Source of the DNA: Brevibacterium phage LuckyBarnes | Length of the DNA: 32,000 nucleotides | Sequence record: MF668275.1 | Reading direction: 5' to 3' (one strand) | Part shown: one piece after another, positions 10,067 through 17,378 of the stretch | Layout: every line of letters starts with the position of its first letter | Numbering within the stretch: the first letter of the stretch is position 1 | Notes under the pieces: model-generated | What the model was told of the DNA's origin: nothing | Seen by the model: only the letters and a program-made list of their open reading frames with translations | The model's database searches: none | Program-made: the position numbers and the translations under genes

Positions 10067-10506
10067 CCGATGCCTCCGACAAAGAGCTTGAGGAATACCG
10101 AAAGGCCATCGTCGCAGAACAGGAGCGACGGCGCACGCTGGCGCAGGCGGCAACGCAACTGGAAGCCATGAACCGCAGCGTGCTCGCCGCGCTGGGGATT
10201 GAGGAGGGCGGCGAGTGGGTGCAACCTACCGACGCCACGAATGCGTTCCCCAAAGACTGGGTGGCAACTCACGAGGGGGCCACCTGGGTCTCCTCAGTCT
10301 CCGCAAACGTCTGGGAGCCGGGTGTATCCGGGTGGAGGCAGTTAGCCTCCGAGGGATCCGTTCCTGAGTTCCTCCAGCCCACCGGCCAGCACGACTCTTA
10401 TCAGACCGGCGAGCACGTGATGTTCGAGGGGGCCGAGTACGTCTCCGTCATCGACAACAACGTCTGGTCACCCACGGCGTACCCTCAGGGCTGGGAGCGT
10501 GTCTGA
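10054..10506 (+). CDS. Hypothetical protein with CBM5/12-like (chitin-binding-like) aromatic C-terminal module
   Basis: Internal ATG in the 9763..10506 frame gives MGAITDASDKELEEYRKAIV...; C-terminal HDSYQTGEHVMFEGAEYVSVIDNNVWSPTAYPQGWERV. Confidence 0.7.
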   Translation: MGAITDASDKELEEYRKAIVAEQERRRTLAQAATQLEAMNRSVLAALGIEEGGEWVQPTDATNAFPKDWVATHEGATWVSSVSANVWEPGVSGWRQLASEGSVPEFLQPTGQHDSYQTGEHVMFEGAEYVSVIDNNVWSPTAYPQGWERV

Positions 10507-10913
10507 TGCCTGATCGAACATCACGAGTGCTGAGAACCGTCGGTTCTTCGGTATTTCTAGCTGCAGGGGCTTTCTACGTCTTCGCCCCACCGAACACCAC
10601 CACGTCATTCTTTGATACCCCCGCGCCTGCTGTGGCGTGGGGGTGGGTGTTTACGGTGGGGGGATTCGTATCGCTCCTGGGGACCCTCTCCAAGATTGTT
10701 CACGTGGAACGTCTCGGAGTACTCTTTGTCATCGTCGCAGCTGCCATGCTCACCGCAGGTCAATCCATGGTGATGTTCGGCACTGAGGAAGTGACCTGGA
10801 CACGCGGGGGCGGAACGCTGGTGTATCTCGGGTTCGGCCTATGGGCATTCGAACGCTGGTGGAGACTAGGTCACGATGAGAGAGCTATAAACGAGATCGT
10901 AGATGTGAGGTAG
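10506..10913 (+). CDS. Four-helix-like membrane protein in the lysis region
   Basis: TGATG overlap; several hydrophobic segments (VFLAAGAFYVFAP, AVAWGWVFTVGGFVSLLG, LFVIVAAAMLTAG, GTLVYLGFGLWAF). Confidence 0.7.
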   Translation: MPDRTSRVLRTVGSSVFLAAGAFYVFAPPNTTTSFFDTPAPAVAWGWVFTVGGFVSLLGTLSKIVHVERLGVLFVIVAAAMLTAGQSMVMFGTEEVTWTRGGGTLVYLGFGLWAFERWWRLGHDERAINEIVDVR

Positions 10914-10915
10914 GC

Positions 10916-11221
10916 ATGGATTCTGAACTGATCAAGTTCATCATCGGAGGCGGTCTCACTGTTCTTGTCGGCGCAGTTGGCAAGTTCATCTACGACATCA
11001 TCCAAGGTCGAGTGATCAAAGAGGATTCGGCAGTTGCGCAGTGGAAGGGAATCGCTGAATCCAGGCTCCAAGAAATACGAGAACTGAAAATAGAGCTACA
11101 GTGGTATCGGGGGTTCTATCCCCGTCTATGGCACGCCTACCAGCGGCTCCCGCCGGATGACAAAGAGAAATTCCCGACAGTACCACCACCACCAGAAGAG
11201 CCGCGAAATCCCTCTGTCTGA
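10916..11221 (+). CDS. Small protein with N-terminal TM helix (possible holin/antiholin)
   Basis: Starts right after the 10913 stop; IIGGGLTVLVGAVGKFIYDII followed by a charged tail. Confidence 0.65.
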   Translation: MDSELIKFIIGGGLTVLVGAVGKFIYDIIQGRVIKEDSAVAQWKGIAESRLQEIRELKIELQWYRGFYPRLWHAYQRLPPDDKEKFPTVPPPPEEPRNPSV

Positions 11222-11245
11222 GGGGTTCCAATCAAGGAGAACGAT

Positions 11246-12274
11246 ATGGCCCTCATGCCTGGAGCAACGAAAAGGCTCCTCGCCAATCAGGCCCGACAGG
11301 GTCGAATGAAATCATATGACGCGGCGGTGCTGCACACGATGGTCGGAAGCCTTGCAGGCACGGACAGCATGTTCCAGCAGGGTGGCACCGTTGGAACTGA
11401 ATCCCACTTCGGTATCGGTGAGCACGGCGAGATCTACCAGTGGGTGGACACCGCCTACACTGCGGACGCGAACTACCTGGGGTCCGCCCACGTCATCTCG
11501 ATCGAGACCGCCGACTACGGCGGCTCGTTCGGACGATGGGACACCAGCGGGGACAATGTACCCTACTGGAACTCTGCCCAGATCGCCGCCATCGTCAAGG
11601 TGCTGGTCTGGATCCACAAGACCCACGGCATCCCCCTCCGGGCGACTAAATCTGTCACCGAGCGCGGTGTCGGCTACCATGCCCAGGGGGTTCCCAACAA
11701 TGGGCTCCCCAGCCGCCTCAGGGGTACCAAATACCAGTGGTCCAAGTACCCCGGAAAGGTCTGCCCTGGCAAGAAACGCATCTCCCAGATCCCTGGCATC
11801 GTCAAGCTTGCGCAGGGTGGATCCACACCCACACCCACACCCGCCGAACCGAAGGGAATCCTCGGCATGTCAAAATACACCTACACTAAAGCCTATCGGG
11901 CCATCCAGAAACTGGCCTACACCAAATGGAAGACCCTCCGCGTAGGCAAGGGGGCAACCTCAATTCTCACATTTGACGGGTCGAGCTTCCTCGCTGAAAC
12001 ATCCCTAACCGTCACTGGCCTCAAGCCGGGAGAAACTCTGCAGCTGCGCTACATCATCGCGTCCTATAAGAAGGGCACGAAGACGAAGATCGTCGGCTAC
12101 TACGACAAGCAAGAATTCCTCGGCACCACCGGAGGCACCTACATCAAGACCTCCCAGCTTGGACGGCGCGGCAAGGGCAAGGGCGGTCGCTCGGAGCGCC
12201 TCCGCCTGCAGGTGTGGACGAACTCCAAGACCGCGAAGATCACCTCCGTTACTAACCGCACAATGAAAGGCTGA
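11246..12274 (+). CDS. Endolysin, N-acetylmuramoyl-L-alanine amidase (Amidase_2/PGRP-like)
   Basis: AAGGAG 5' of ATG; VLHTMVGSLAGTDSMFQQGGTVGTESHFGIGEHGEIYQWVDTAYTADAN...VISIETADYGG...GVGYHAQG. Confidence 0.88.
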   Translation: MALMPGATKRLLANQARQGRMKSYDAAVLHTMVGSLAGTDSMFQQGGTVGTESHFGIGEHGEIYQWVDTAYTADANYLGSAHVISIETADYGGSFGRWDTSGDNVPYWNSAQIAAIVKVLVWIHKTHGIPLRATKSVTERGVGYHAQGVPNNGLPSRLRGTKYQWSKYPGKVCPGKKRISQIPGIVKLAQGGSTPTPTPAEPKGILGMSKYTYTKAYRAIQKLAYTKWKTLRVGKGATSILTFDGSSFLAETSLTVTGLKPGETLQLRYIIASYKKGTKTKIVGYYDKQEFLGTTGGTYIKTSQLGRRGKGKGGRSERLRLQVWTNSKTAKITSVTNRTMKG

Positions 12275-12277
12275 CCC

Positions 12278-12613
12278 ATGACCCTCAACGACATCATCCC
12301 CGCGAAGTACCGCAAGCCCACCTACGTCGTCTATGCACTTGTCGGTGTCGCTCTCGGTGCGATCGCCACAGCCTACGGACCGGACAACGTCCCCGACTGG
12401 CACGCTGTGACATCCAACGTCTACCTCTACATCGGCGGCGCGTTCGGTCTCACGGCAGCAGCCAACACCATCACCCAGAAGCGTGTCGGTGACACGGATG
12501 ACTCGGAAGAAGTCGACCCCGAAGACTTCGACGACATCCCGCTGGATGAGGACATGTACGAAGAGGAGTTTGACGAAACTCCCGTGCCGGATGACTACCA
12601 GCCGCGCCACTGA
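12278..12613 (+). CDS. Phage holin candidate
   Basis: Directly after the endolysin; hydrophobic segments YVVYALVGVALGAIATAYG and VYLYIGGAFGLTAAAN with an acidic C-terminus. Confidence 0.75.
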   Translation: MTLNDIIPAKYRKPTYVVYALVGVALGAIATAYGPDNVPDWHAVTSNVYLYIGGAFGLTAAANTITQKRVGDTDDSEEVDPEDFDDIPLDEDMYEEEFDETPVPDDYQPRH

Positions 12614-12653
12614 TGTAAGCTGAACCACATCCAGGTTCGCTACCTCAGGATAT

Positions 12654-12691
12654 AAATGACCCCCACCCTTAATCGGGTGGGGGTCATTTTT
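12654..12691 (+). terminator. Rho-independent terminator between convergent arms
   Basis: AAATGACCCCCACCC (12654-12668), loop TTAATC, GGGTGGGGGTCATTT (12675-12689), then T-run; perfect 15-bp stem. Confidence 0.93.
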
Positions 12692-12697
12692 GCGTTG

Positions 12698-12868
12698 TCA
12701 GACGGCTCGCTGCCATGCCCAGACCCTCATGTGAGTGGCATCGTGAAGCTCCGTATACCACCACTGGCCACACTGGGGGCACCGCCACGGGCGCACCCGG
12801 AACCGGCGCAAGAACCACCGCGGCCGATCAGGACAGGGATTGTGCTCGCAGCACACCACCGGTCGCAT
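12698..12868 (-). CDS. Small zinc-ribbon-like protein (56 aa, not in the ORF track)
   Basis: Manual translation MRPVVCCEHNPCPDRPRWFLRRFRVRPWRCPQCGQWWYTELHDATHMRVWAWQRAV*; AGGAGG about 5 nt upstream of ATG. Confidence 0.7.
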   Translation of the reverse strand: MRPVVCCEHNPCPDRPRWFLRRFRVRPWRCPQCGQWWYTELHDATHMRVWAWQRAV

Positions 12869-13130
12869 ATGTCCTCCTCTTGTCTCCTTGCAGGTATTCT
12901 ACCCAGACGTTACGCCCGTAGATGTCAATCGTCTGGTGCCGGAACGGGCCGGGGTCATGCCAGGGCCGAGGCTCCAGTTGGCCGCGTAGTGGAACTTGAT
13001 GACCACAAGCCATCCGCAGCTGCATGTCTGGGCTGTGCCCCGGCCCGATGTGCTGCACCCGGCCCACCCTTGAGGTGAACCGGGTGCAGCGACCCCACCA
13101 GCGGCGGAGGCCACGAGTCCTACGACTCAC
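12828..13130 (-). CDS. Hypothetical protein, GTG start coupled to the upstream stop
   Basis: GTGA overlap with the stop of the 13127..14128 gene; C-terminal TIDIYGRNVWVEYLQGDKRRTYATG looks protein-like, but an overlapping frame (12899..13114) also does. Confidence 0.4.
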   Translation of the reverse strand: MSRRTRGLRRWWGRCTRFTSRVGRVQHIGPGHSPDMQLRMACGHQVPLRGQLEPRPWHDPGPFRHQTIDIYGRNVWVEYLQGDKRRTYATGGVLRAQSLS

Positions 13131-14128
13131 ACCAGCTCCCGCATGGCGCGGAGAGCCTGCTCCTTGACGTAGGGGTCAAAGAGTGCTCGCTGGCTGCGCA
13201 CCGTGACCTCGTCAGCGTTGTCGCCAGGGCGCACCGGGGCGAAGTGGTCAGCCCATTCGGTCATGGCGTTCAGGCCACCCCACACAGTGTTCCGGACCTC
13301 AGCCTGAGTGTCGGCCTGGTGGAAGAGGTATTCCATCTCTGACATCTGGTTCGTTCGCCGGGTCACGGTGGCATCCGCTGCGCCGTCCTTGGCACCGAAC
13401 GTCTCCTGGAGGACCTTCATGAACTGGTCGTTGGTGAGCTCGGTGTTGATCATCCGGTTCGCCTCCTCCTGGAAGCTGTCCAGGTAGTCAAACGTGAGGT
13501 CCAGGGTCTGGCGTGCCTCGCTGATGAGGCGGGTCTGCGAGCCGTGCAGGTGCTTCACACGGTGGATTCCCTTGGCCTGCTCGAACGCCATGTTCAGGGT
13601 GTTCTGGCAGACGATGCGAACCGGTGTGACCATGATCGACGTGGCGGTGCTGCCGTCATGGCTGGTGGTGGCGGCGAGGTAGTTGTCGATCCGGTCGATG
13701 CCGCCGATCTTGATGTGACCGGGGAGCTTCATGCTGACGAACACCTTCCGGCCACCGTCGACGGCACCTGCCGTCTCGAAGTGGGCACCGGACTCGTCGA
13801 CGAGCGTGTCCAGCAGCCCGACCAGTTCCTCGTTCTGGAGGATGGAGTACCGGCCACCCACGACCCCGAGAAGGTCCGCTGTGTCTTTTACGACGGGATT
13901 GTCGCGTACCACTGCATACTTGTCGGGAACGGGGATGCTGAGTCCGGTGAGGGGGTCCTCAGCGATCAGCGGGGTCTTGCGCAGGTTCCAGTCGGCGAGC
14001 TGGCCGTGGCGCAGGGCGGACTCTGCGTCGAATGCGTCCGGGAGGGTGATCCCCAGCTGGTGCCAGGCATCCTCACGGGCTGAGACGAATGAGGCGACGC
14101 CGTTGTTGATATCCAGGTTGTGTGACAT
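13127..14128 (-). CDS. DUF932 / TIGR03299 phage/plasmid-like protein
   Basis: MSHNLDINNGVASFVSAREDAWHQLG...; VVGGRYSILQNEE, TPVRIVCQNTLNMA typical of the family. Start set at MSHNL rather than track start 14212. Confidence 0.85.
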   Translation of the reverse strand: MSHNLDINNGVASFVSAREDAWHQLGITLPDAFDAESALRHGQLADWNLRKTPLIAEDPLTGLSIPVPDKYAVVRDNPVVKDTADLLGVVGGRYSILQNEELVGLLDTLVDESGAHFETAGAVDGGRKVFVSMKLPGHIKIGGIDRIDNYLAATTSHDGSTATSIMVTPVRIVCQNTLNMAFEQAKGIHRVKHLHGSQTRLISEARQTLDLTFDYLDSFQEEANRMINTELTNDQFMKVLQETFGAKDGAADATVTRRTNQMSEMEYLFHQADTQAEVRNTVWGGLNAMTEWADHFAPVRPGDNADEVTVRSQRALFDPYVKEQALRAMRELV

Positions 14129-14129
14129 T

Positions 14130-14303
14130 TCAGTTCTCTCCTTCGATACGGTCGACTTCCGACCAGAATGCTTCTCCGTTGCCTGCCAGCTCTTCCCGGT
14201 AGGCGATTTCATCTGCTGCTTCGCTCCAGCGCATGGACCAGGCGAATGTGACCGCGTCCTGACAACGCTGGTGCATGGCCAGGTAGACCTCTGCCTTGCT
14301 CAT
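14130..14303 (-). CDS. Small hypothetical protein (57 aa)
   Basis: MSKAEVYLAMHQRCQDAVTFAWSMRWSEAADEIAYREELAGNGEAFWSEVDRIEGEN*; ATGA overlap with upstream gene stop. Confidence 0.7.
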   Translation of the reverse strand: MSKAEVYLAMHQRCQDAVTFAWSMRWSEAADEIAYREELAGNGEAFWSEVDRIEGEN

Positions 14304-14611
14304 GCCAGGCACCCCTCGACCTTCTCGACGGCGTACTGCACCGCAGAGCGGAGCTTGACCATGGTGTTCGGCGTGGCCGTGGTGCGGATGGTCTCGCACC
14401 GGATGAACTGGCGAGCTTCGACGATGGCCCGGTCTGCCCAGAAGAAGGCGTCCCTGAGGCTGGCGTTCGGCCACTTCTCGCCGTCCTCCTTGACGATGCA
14501 GCCGAGATACTTGGCCTCGTCCTTGACGTTCTCGAGGACCTCGATGAGCTGGTGGTCGGGGGCCGCGCCGCCCTGCAGGCGGGTGAGCTGGGTGTGTACT
14601 GAGTGGATCAT
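14300..14611 (-). CDS. Hypothetical protein
   Basis: 103 aa ORF preceded by AAAGGAACCGAAATG. Confidence 0.75.
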   Translation of the reverse strand: MIHSVHTQLTRLQGGAAPDHQLIEVLENVKDEAKYLGCIVKEDGEKWPNASLRDAFFWADRAIVEARQFIRCETIRTTATPNTMVKLRSAVQYAVEKVEGCLA

Positions 14612-14637
14612 TTCGGTTCCTTTCAGGGGGAGGGGGT

Positions 14638-14808
14638 TCAGGCGTCGAGCTCGGCGGAGGAAGCGAAGCGGGTGCGACCGTCTTCCATCTTGAGCTCGTA
14701 GGGGGCAGCATTGCCCTCGCTGATGGCGACGACTACGCCCTTGTCACCGACGACGGTGAACGGAGCGTTGCTGTTGAACGTGACCTGGGTTCCAACGGAG
14801 AGTGACAT
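14638..14808 (-). CDS. Small hypothetical protein (56 aa, not in the ORF track)
   Basis: MSLSVGTQVTFNSNAPFTVVGDKGVVVAISEGNAAPYELKMEDGRTRFASSAELDA*; preceded by AGGAACCGAAATG and promoter P1. Confidence 0.75.
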   Translation of the reverse strand: MSLSVGTQVTFNSNAPFTVVGDKGVVVAISEGNAAPYELKMEDGRTRFASSAELDA

Positions 14809-14845
14809 TTCGGTTCCTAACTGTAGCGGTTGAGCTGATGTAATA

Positions 14846-14874
14846 ACTATAACTCACTAGAGACAGTAGCACAA
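14846..14874 (-). promoter_or_regulatory. Candidate early promoter P1
   Basis: Minus strand TTGTGC-17 nt-TATAGT followed by TATTACATCA; repeated at four other sites. Confidence 0.72.
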
Positions 14875-14907
14875 CTCCCCGCCGAAAATAATTTTCGACG
14901 GGGAGTT
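14873..14907 (-). promoter_or_regulatory. Long hairpin overlapping the P1 -35 box, just 3' of the 14916 gene
   Basis: Arms AACTCCCCGCCGAAAA / TTTTCGACGGGGAGTT, 3-nt loop; the single mismatch is a G-U pair in - strand RNA. Confidence 0.75.
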
Positions 14908-14915
14908 AGGTGGGT

Positions 14916-15770
14916 TCAGATGCCCCAATTCTCGGGCCAGACGGGGTCCGGTAGCGGCTCAGGATTCGGCCGGTACCGCTGCTTCATCCTGCCACTCTCG
15001 CCATGCGCTACGCGGGTGTACTTGTCGTACTCGCAGAGCATGTTCTGCACGTCGATCAGGTGCATGGGTCGCACGCCCATGAGCAAGGGGCCGCGGTCAC
15101 GCTCCTCCCACAGCTGCCGGATCTTGCTCTCGGCCATGCGCGAGGATCCAAAGATCTTCTCCACACCGCGCAGCGAACCGGGGCCAGCGGTCACGGCTCC
15201 GTTCTCCGAGAACCGGAACAGACTGGAGTAGTTCAGGTCAATGGCGTACTGGTAGCTGAGGAACGGGCCGAACCCCGGCACGCTGCGCAGCACGCGCACC
15301 AGCTCGTCCAGCGACTGCGCCTGCAGCACTGCTCCCAGATTGTACTTGAGCACCCCGTCGATCGCGTCAATGTAGAAGTGATGCTTCGGCACCCCCTCCA
15401 GCATCTTGTTCACCATGACGTAGGCACCACTGAAGATCGGCCCCTTGTAGCTGTCCAGTGCCGCCTTGAGTTCGTCAGGCTTCCAGCTGGTGGTTAGGTC
15501 ACGCTCCTCCAGGTAGTCCCAGGTCTCCTCCCGGTTGAACACCTTGAACAGCAGCGTGCGGAACACCAGTGAGCGATCGTCCTGGGGGCCCTCCTGCTGC
15601 AGCCGGATCAGCCGCTGCGACACGCGGTCCGCTGCGCGGAACGTATTCGTGAATCGGTTGTTGTCCAGGATGGGGTCACCCGACGGCACGGGTACCCCGG
15701 CCAGCAGGCGGTTCTCATACATCTGGTACCGGGTGTTCGCCAAGCCCCAGAACAGGTTAGTGTCAATCAC
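14916..15770 (-). CDS. aGPT-PPlase / 5-hmdU DNA kinase helical-domain-like protein (base hypermodification candidate)
   Basis: GTG start with AAGGAGGGG; FWGLANTRYQMYENRLLAGVPVPSGDPILDNNRFTNTFRAADRVS and NMLCEYDKYTRVAHGE match remembered motifs of the HhH-like family. No Walker A motif. Confidence 0.65.
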   Translation of the reverse strand: MIDTNLFWGLANTRYQMYENRLLAGVPVPSGDPILDNNRFTNTFRAADRVSQRLIRLQQEGPQDDRSLVFRTLLFKVFNREETWDYLEERDLTTSWKPDELKAALDSYKGPIFSGAYVMVNKMLEGVPKHHFYIDAIDGVLKYNLGAVLQAQSLDELVRVLRSVPGFGPFLSYQYAIDLNYSSLFRFSENGAVTAGPGSLRGVEKIFGSSRMAESKIRQLWEERDRGPLLMGVRPMHLIDVQNMLCEYDKYTRVAHGESGRMKQRYRPNPEPLPDPVWPENWGI

Positions 15771-16543
15771 AGCAGCCCCTCCTTGAACGCTTTCTTCCAC
15801 TGCACGGTCACGTCGTATCTCTCTTCCTCTGCGTTGCCCCAGCCGGGGCGGCGAGCCACTTTCACGAACCGCGGCCACGTCTCGGCCATCCACTCAGCGC
15901 ACTGGCGCTGGAGCTCATCGGTTCGGTACGTCGAGCAGCCGCCCTGGGTGTTTGATTCGATCACGGTGTCCCAGGTGTAGTCGTTGACGATGATGGACTG
16001 GTACCCAGCAGTGAGCCACTGCAGGTGGAAGTCGAAGTCCTCCATCAGCTGGACACGGTCCACCCGGAACCCCTCCTCCCGGGCCAGCTCGGCATCGAAC
16101 CCCCAGGCGGCGCATATACGCGAGCAGAACCGATACTGGTCGGTCTCTCGATTGGCACCTGACCGGAACGCGATCCCAGCGAACGGGTGGAGGTCCAGCG
16201 CTTCCCGGAACGCCTGGAACATCTCGGTGATGTACGAGCTGCCCTTGTCGGGGTTCAGGAATTTGGTCCGGTCGTCCCCGCGACGAACCGAGAACCGCAG
16301 GTCGTCATCAAGGAACATCAGGTACTTGGTCGGGCATGTCTCCAGAAGCTCCTGACGGATCCTCTGAAGCCCTTTCGCCTCCGTTGCCTGAGCGGTGTAC
16401 CCCATCAGCTCGAACGCCTCCACGTTCTCCGTCGGGCACACCACGACCACGTCTTCGAGCACCTCGGGGGACAGCCAGCTCAGGGTCTTCTGCAGCTGCA
16501 GTGGTCGGTTCGTATGCACGTAGATCGTCATGTCACTGAACAT
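15767..16543 (-). CDS. Glycosyltransferase-like protein (GT-A type, modification cassette)
   Basis: MFSDMTIYVHTNRPLQLQKTLSWL...; KYLMFLDDDLRFS (DxD-like); GTGA overlap with the downstream gene. Confidence 0.6.
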   Translation of the reverse strand: MFSDMTIYVHTNRPLQLQKTLSWLSPEVLEDVVVVCPTENVEAFELMGYTAQATEAKGLQRIRQELLETCPTKYLMFLDDDLRFSVRRGDDRTKFLNPDKGSSYITEMFQAFREALDLHPFAGIAFRSGANRETDQYRFCSRICAAWGFDAELAREEGFRVDRVQLMEDFDFHLQWLTAGYQSIIVNDYTWDTVIESNTQGGCSTYRTDELQRQCAEWMAETWPRFVKVARRPGWGNAEEERYDVTVQWKKAFKEGLL

Positions 16544-17378
16544 GCCAGGCATCCTTTCCATCAAGAGGCCACTCGGCCTCCGGCCCGTACTGCGCCACGC
16601 CAGCGCGATACGCCTTCTTCCATTGGACTTGCATCTCCAGGCGAACGTCACCCGGCGACCCCGGCCACGGTGGCCGCTCCACCAGCTTGACGAACTCGGG
16701 GAAGAAGCCCTTGACCTTGAGTGAGGACTCGGTCGAGACTTCATTAGTCCGGTACGTGGCGCACCCGCCGTCGGCCTGGACCTTCACGTCATCGCTGATG
16801 AACGTGTTCAGGAGAGCCATACGACGCCCGTGGGTCAGGAACTGAAGGAACACATCGTAGTCCTCCCCGACAGGCACCCGGTCCGCCTGCAGCTGCAGCT
16901 CGCGGAAGACCTCGACGTTGATCCCCCACGTCTTGTAGACCCGGTGGTTGAACAGATACGGGTCGTCGTACCGATTCGACATATGCCGCGGCGCGATCCC
17001 TGCCAGGCTGCAGTGATCCAACATCCGGTGATACTCGACAAACATCTGCTCCACGCCGGGGGAGCCGGGTTCTAGCGGGATGACCTTGGTCGTGTCCTCG
17101 GTCGAGCGGTAGAAGAACCGGAGGTCATCGTCCAGGAACAGCAGGTGCGGTCCGCGCTCTTCGACGTCGTGCTGGTCAATGATCCACTGACGGATCGCCC
17201 CGATGTTGTCCAGCTGGTGGGTGAGCACCGGATACCCCAGCATGTCAAGGGATTCAGAGTCATCCTCATCAGCCACGAGGAACGCACTGAGGCGCACAGA
17301 CTCCGGCAGCGCAGCCCAGGTTCGCTGATCGGTTACGCGACCCCTCGTGGGGATGTAGATGGTCAGACCGTCTAACAT
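16533..17378 (-). CDS. Glycosyltransferase-like protein, tandem paralogue of 15767..16543
   Basis: MLDGLTIYIPTRGRV...; shares FLDDDLRF, GGCATYRTNE, FPEFVKLVERPPW and VQWKKA with the neighbour. ATG overlaps the upstream TGA. Confidence 0.6.
   Translation of the reverse strand: MLDGLTIYIPTRGRVTDQRTWAALPESVRLSAFLVADEDDSESLDMLGYPVLTHQLDNIGAIRQWIIDQHDVEERGPHLLFLDDDLRFFYRSTEDTTKVIPLEPGSPGVEQMFVEYHRMLDHCSLAGIAPRHMSNRYDDPYLFNHRVYKTWGINVEVFRELQLQADRVPVGEDYDVFLQFLTHGRRMALLNTFISDDVKVQADGGCATYRTNEVSTESSLKVKGFFPEFVKLVERPPWPGSPGDVRLEMQVQWKKAYRAGVAQYGPEAEWPLDGKDAWHVQ

Noticed and set aside
12656-13078. 140-aa + strand ORF starting in the terminator
   Set aside because: Start codon lies within the terminator stem, no ribosome site, and it runs against the small - strand genes.
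14130-14711. 193-aa - strand ORF as a single gene
   Set aside because: Only the final 57 codons look coding (start at 14303 with ATGA coupling); the rest overlaps the better-supported 14300..14611 gene.
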